Assembly (NCBI GenBank): GCA_000320545.1
Contig: ADNK01002959.1
Location: 62,001-126,000 of the forward strand
Length of the DNA stretch: 64,000 nucleotides
Direction of reading: 5' to 3'
From: Bigelowiella natans CCMP2755
Taxonomy: Eukaryota > Protista > Cercozoa
A program made the position numbers and the translations under genes. Below the pieces are notes generated by a model. The model did no database searches. It was not told where the DNA came from and was given only the letters and a program-made list of their open reading frames with translations. This document shows positions 61,372-64,000 of the stretch, piece by piece (within the stretch, counting starts at the first letter, position 1; each line of letters begins with the position of its first letter).

Positions 61372-64000
61372 CTAAAGGTAATCTTCATCCTCAGACGCGA
61401 ACAGGTTGTCATCAACTTGCAAAATATTAGAATCTTCTTCCCTTGCTGGGGAAATTTCTGCGTCAGTGGAAGTGACGCTATTGTGGCGAGGTGACAAAGT
61501 CATACTGGATTCTGTGACATCTGGGGCACTTTTTCGCCAAAATATGAACGAAACTAAATCGTCAGAAATTGATTGCATCATTATGTCCTATTAAAACAAC
61601 AATTTCAATTTCTGCATTGCGGGTGGAGAGTTCTTATACCTCTTCTGATTTTTTCCCCTGCAAAAATTCCCAATCATTCTTGAGATCCATTTGACGTTTT
61701 TTCCTTGCACTTTGTATGAAGTCGTAAGTCTCGCATTTAGTGTTAATGTTCCTGAAATAATACCTTTAGTGAGGATAAGTCGAAACAGAGTAAAGAGAGA
61801 ACTACTCACAATGAGAATAGCTTTTTAATGTCGTCTGTCTTAAAGTTGCGCATCACGTCCTTTTCTTCGTCTACAACGGAGGACGAGATCTGGCGAAAAC
61901 ATGCTAAGTTTTGATTCCTGGTTTAGTATTGTTCCATAGACGATGATGACCTCTTGCTTCGATATCTGCCGTTGAAATATCTTCTCGTCTATGGTACCCA
62001 CAGCTAGTAGTCTATAGATCCAGGTTGTTTTCTTTTGACCATCACGCCAGACTCGTGCCATAGCTTGAAGATCGGTTGCTGGATTCCTATAATAAAAACC
62101 TCATTTACTTCAACAGTCGTATTAGTGTGGTAGTTATCAGATTGAGGAACCAATCAGGGTCGAATAGTATTAGCCTGCTAGCTCCGATCAGGTTCAATCC
62201 CACGCCACCAGCTTTCGCGGACAAGAGGAAGATGCGCTTGTCGCAATATTGAGAATTGAACTACAAATGATGTTCATCTAAGTTGACAGAAATTCGTTTT
62301 GCAGAAGGTTTACCTGGTCTACTAAGTCCATGCGAATCGAGCTTTTGGTCTGTCCATCAAGCCTGATTCTTCCATACCCTCTCGAAAAACAGAGGCGTTC
62401 GATGAGCTCGAGGGTTTCTTTGTAATTGCTCACAATAACAACTTTGTCCTTAGATCTTTTCATAATCTAATATGAAAACAAATTAACGAAATTTTTCTAG
62501 CATGAAAATTCTATTTATCACCTGTAGTAACAACTCGTCGAGGAAAAGAACCTAATATATCGTGAGGAAGGAACCATGACTCTACGATGATTCAAGTAAA
62601 TTATAGCTTAGAGTGTAACCTTCCCAGAAAGTTTTTTATCAACTTCGTCAGAGAGATCTGTCGGATATCTTTTGAAAGCATGTCTAATATGCGGGTCGCA
62701 GTTCTCCTTCTCAGAGCGAGCTTTGCAAAACTGGTAGATAAGCTGGGGATGGTTGCAGATTTTCTTCTGGTGATATATTTGTATCATTTTCTAAAACAAC
62801 TAGATAGTGCTGAATAAGCCGACCATGATTGTTATGCACTGCAGAGCAGAAGCAGATTTCCCTCCACGATTGAAAACATTGGAACGTAAGAATGCATTGT
62901 ATATATCTGACAATACAAAAGATAAATCATACAGAATAAAGCGAGCAATTTAGAGATACCGATTTGGAGCTCTGTCATGGGAATGAACACTACTTGCTCT
63001 ATCTTAGGTGGAAGAAATTTCTGAAGAATATCCGCGGTGCGCCGAAGCTTCAAAGATAAATATATTAATGAATAATTAATCAAAAAAGTTAGTTTGAAAG
63101 TATCGAGTGACCACAAATTTCGCCGTAATTTTTGTGAGAGCTATTGATCTTGCCTCGCCAGTTTTCTTATCTTCTTCGGAGCAAGTTGCATCTCTTGATC
63201 GGGATATTGGAATATGATACGAGTTCTGCACGCAATGACGTATACATACATACTGTTAGAGCAATATATCCCAATAATTCAATCGTGATGTTACCCGGAA
63301 TGTAGCTGGTGGTCCCAAAGACATGGGGTTGACAAAATCGCACATAGAGTAGAATTCCTGAATGACAAAGTTGAGATGAAGAAGCTCACTTTGAATAATT
63401 AAATTACCATGAGGTTATTTTGGACTGGAGTTCCAGAAAGGATCACCTAATCACAGCAGGAAAAATATAATTTCCTGCATTTCTACCAGATATGAAGCGA
63501 ACCTTCATTGCACATTGCAGAGATGCAAGTGATTGTATAGTCTTGTTGCCCTTGCTATTTTTAAGACGATGCCCTTCGTCACAAATTAGAACAGTCTTCT
63601 TGCCGCATAGTTTGGTGGTAATTTGATTTGCGTGGCGTCTGCAAGATTAATATTAGATGGTTTATTTTCACTTGAATTTTCGTGTTTGGGGGACCGGATC
63701 ATGTCATATCCGACTATGAGCACGTGTTTCGTAGGGGCCGAAACAAAATCCTGTAGAAGTTGAACATGATTTTCTCCACTCCCGATAACTACGGGCGAGA
63801 GTTTTGTGGTTCCAATCCATTTCTGTAAACATCAATAATATTATCCCACGTTGTTTGTATCCACAAGATTTTCGTTTGACTAGCCTTAAATTCATCTTTC
63901 CAATTTCCCACTAAGGTTGCCTAATTAAATGGACAGTGTCATACAAAGCCAAGAATTGCCTCTGCTACTTTACCGGACATATAATGATTGCTTTTTTACA
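61372..64000 (-). CDS. RAD54: RAD54/RAD54B-like SNF2 helicase (5' end outside window), short introns
   Basis: [68 protein letters not shown]|[20 protein letters not shown]. Confidence 0.93.

Overview
Gene-dense, intron-rich eukaryotic nuclear DNA from a protist; the mitochondrial-type TPI and gene style are compatible with a rhizarian such as a chlorarachniophyte (inference only). About 14 host genes can be reconstructed through GT-AG introns: YEATS-domain 3' end, ELO elongase, TPI, ankyrin protein, intronless transportin-3, scramblase, EF-hand protein, glycosyltransferase-like, a low-complexity protein, a small helical protein, CTL choline-transporter-like, cathepsin L-like, a divergent TBP and RAD54-like. 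They sit mostly head-to-head with short spacers and tail-to-tail with repeat-rich spacers. Main observation: a 5'-truncated LINE (53.1-54.7 kb) has lost almost every TpA (3 in ~1.7 kb by my count). Conserved Tyr codons have become Cys (TG) or His (CA), a less-mutated sister fragment at 61.2 kb keeps the TA/Tyr state, and adjacent (TA)n tracts are progressively converted into TG/CA mosaics while intronic (TA)n tracts stay pure. This points to a two-strand, TpA-specific A>G hypermutation acting on repeats and intergenic DNA, the reverse of fungal RIP. The window also has a TTA-flanked MITE, LINE 3'-end fragments in most 3' spacers, and tandem duplications across splice sites. All counts and gene models were made by eye.
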